Part shown: piece by piece, positions 62,101 to 64,000 of the stretch
Position numbering within the stretch: position 1 is the first letter of the stretch
Layout: every line of letters starts with the position of its first letter
Source: Tubulanus polymorphus
Taxonomy: Eukaryota > Animalia > Nemertea
Assembly (NCBI RefSeq): GCF_964204645.1
Contig: NC_134030.1
Location: 7,482,778-7,546,777, forward strand
Direction: 5' to 3'
Length of the DNA stretch: 64,000 bases
Notes under the pieces: generated by a model
Told to the model about the DNA's origin: nothing
Databases searched by the model: none
Seen by the model: only the letters and a program-made list of their open reading frames with translations
Position numbers and translations under genes: made by a program

Positions 62101-64000
62101 ACCGAGCTCTTGAAGTTGCGGAGGTGGACGGCGAAAGCGTAGCGGTTCGTCGTTAGGAGTCGTTTGTCCGAGTTGACTGAATATCGACTGGATAGAAAAG
62201 AAGGTATTTCTCAAACAGTTTTCATAACACTGAACCGAATGATAATAATCTATGAACAACATAAGAGTTCAAATGCAAGAACATTTTTCATTTAACCACA
62301 TACATCATTAGTAGGTCGCAACCATAGTGGATTTCAAAACATTTCTATACTACATTTCCACTGTTTCCAGTTCAACTAGATTCTTGACTTAAACAGTTAA
62401 CTTTCTAAGCTTGAAATTCTTAAAACCAAGACTTATATGACATTAACTAACCGACCATGGTTGGTTGCCTAACAGTTCATGAGACATATGGGGCCCTGCA
62501 TAAAGTACGTACGCTTGACTTCCGGGTATTTTTAACCCCCCCTCCCCCTTGTACGCTCATTGTACGTTTTTTTATAACCCCCCCCTTGCGTACATACTTT
62601 TAGGGGTAACCCCCCCCCAGCAAAACAGAATTTTCAGGAATAATGGTTTAAAGAAGGCAAAATCTACCCTGATTCAACAGAGTTCCTGCTGACGTTGATC
62701 AACGATCTTCCATGGCGACGGCAAACGGGGATATTTGTGAAATTCACATTATGTTTCGTGCACAAAGTACGTACTATTAATATTAACCCTCCCCCCTTGG
62801 AAAGTATGTACGTTTTTAGCTGACCCCTCCCCTCCCCCTGTATGCTTTTGTACGGATTTTAAGTACCCCCCACCCCCCCTACGGACGTACGTACTTTAGG
62901 CACGGCCCCTATCACAAATCTGTTAGGCAATGCTGACCATGGCGTTTATTAAGATGATTAATGATTACCATATGATTTGTATTAGATGGTCTTTTGGTTT
63001 GCTAATCTAAGAGAGCCCATCTAAACACCCATCGCTCGACAAACAATTCCAACTGATTATAAATTCCTACCTGTCTGCACACGAGTATTTCTTTCAATAA
63101 CTTAGTGTAATAGCGCTGTTGTTGATAGTGATATTCTCGGAGTTTAGCTTTCTTGCACAATACGGAATATTTCGCGATATCCGGAGAATACATGCCACCT
63201 ATAATTACAAAATATCAGCACAAAATAAATGCAATTTCACAAAAACCTTCAACACGGTGACCACTTTTATTTGACTCGCTGTTCTCGCGACCTTTCCCTG
63301 CACATTGTTTTCCTCGACTTGATCTGCTTAGAATACAACCAATTAACACTGTCTCAAATACATAAGGCATAGACTGCGTGATTTTACGCGCAATCCATCA
63401 ATCTCAACAAATGTCCTTGCCCTTTTAGCTATTTTACAAAATTCCTAGACTTTACTAAAAAAAAAGAAGAAATTTCTCCGACTTTTCCGGGTAAGTGGCC
63501 TCCCAGTTAAATATTGCAGCAAAGACAGACTCCCCCTCAAGACCCAGCATTACTTAACAGAAGGAAATACTGCAAAACCGACAGATCATTTGGTACTGAT
63601 AAAATTCCTCGGAATTTTGCAGGAATCCCGATAGCCTGGATTGTTGTATCCAGACTATGGTTAGCCTTAGTATATAAAGGCTATATTTTAAGTTCTGTGA
63701 AAAAAAAAACATTTGGATCTTTTACTTGATTTAAATTCATCTCATATCAAACTCACCACGCAGATTTGCATGCATAGCCTGGACTGGATTTCCGAACTTC
63801 ACATTTTCCCAGTTCAATAACATTCTAGGCATGAGTAGAAGAAATTCAAGAAATCAATTCATCAGGAAATATTATTTCAAAGTTTACAGCATTTCGCGTT
63901 TATTTTGGAGAAATATATATCGGAGTAACACTCACTTCACAGTTGTATTTCGTTCCGATTCGTTGTTTTCCGGGAAATCTGGAAGAAATTTCTGTAATCG
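53122..64000 (-). CDS. NFRKB: Nuclear factor related to kappa-B-binding protein (INO80 subunit G), 5' end outside the window
   Basis: About 20 exons. DEUBAD region (KFLPDFPE; ENVKFGNP; YSPDIAKY..QQQRYYTKLLKEIL, e.g. exon 63071-63198); winged-helix domain (CFFSLLKDL; LEEKVRQWQ; FVPLVDYKERAQLWKWIGQGRD); conserved AREHALL..DRPAYVTILTLVRDAAARLPNGEGTR and SGALDRLHYEKDPCVKYD..RKLWIYLHR; low-complexity C-terminus; stop codon at 53122-53124. Confidence 0.96.
53527..53790. mobile_element. Older, diverged copy of the TTAA MITE family at 25823, with a decayed minus-strand hammerhead motif
   Basis: TAGTGCTGGAGATAATTTGGAAATTATAAAAC and ATACACCACACTGCAGTGTAGACACAC align with 25850-26100. The minus strand reads CTGATGA-AGATAG..CTTGTC-GAAC near 53657-53686. 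Confidence 0.55.
54169..54343. repeat. Penelope-derived palindrome with two decayed hammerheads, in an NFRKB intron
   Basis: AATTCAGCCA..GTTCTAGAGTAGAAG versus CTTCTACTCCAGAAC..TGGCTGAATT. The minus strand at the centre reads CTGATGA-TGGC...GCC-AAAA. Confidence 0.6.
62490..62909. mobile_element. PIF/Harbinger-like MITE, internally deleted copy, in an NFRKB intron
   Basis: Same TIRs as the 31691 copy, TSD TAT. It lacks the segment corresponding to about 31923-32365. Confidence 0.9.

Overview
AT-rich, intron-containing eukaryotic DNA, most likely from an invertebrate animal (small GT-AG introns, Lachesin and NFRKB homologues). The left half (about 1-33 kb) is repeat and transposon terrain. It holds a young 617-bp MITE with perfect 209-bp TIRs and a 7-bp TSD, two G-quadruplex-prone 24-bp minisatellites, and a 7.9-kb composite satellite (about 60-bp core plus variable (CT)n) with a 2.7-kb higher-order repeat between inverted flanks. 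It also holds a 40-bp satellite, Penelope-type minimal hammerhead ribozymes, and a spliced, pseudogenised KDZ/Zisupton (HMGXB3-like) transposase interrupted by a TTAA MITE. The right half holds three spliced genes that I reconstructed by hand. These are a Lachesin-like 3-Ig GPI protein (+, 33789-37936), a 312-aa signal peptide-Ly6/uPAR-TSP1-GPI protein that the ORF track catches only in fragments (+, 41689-50250), and NFRKB (-, 53122 to beyond the window end). All assignments come from reading the sequence and from recalled family motifs; no database searches were run.
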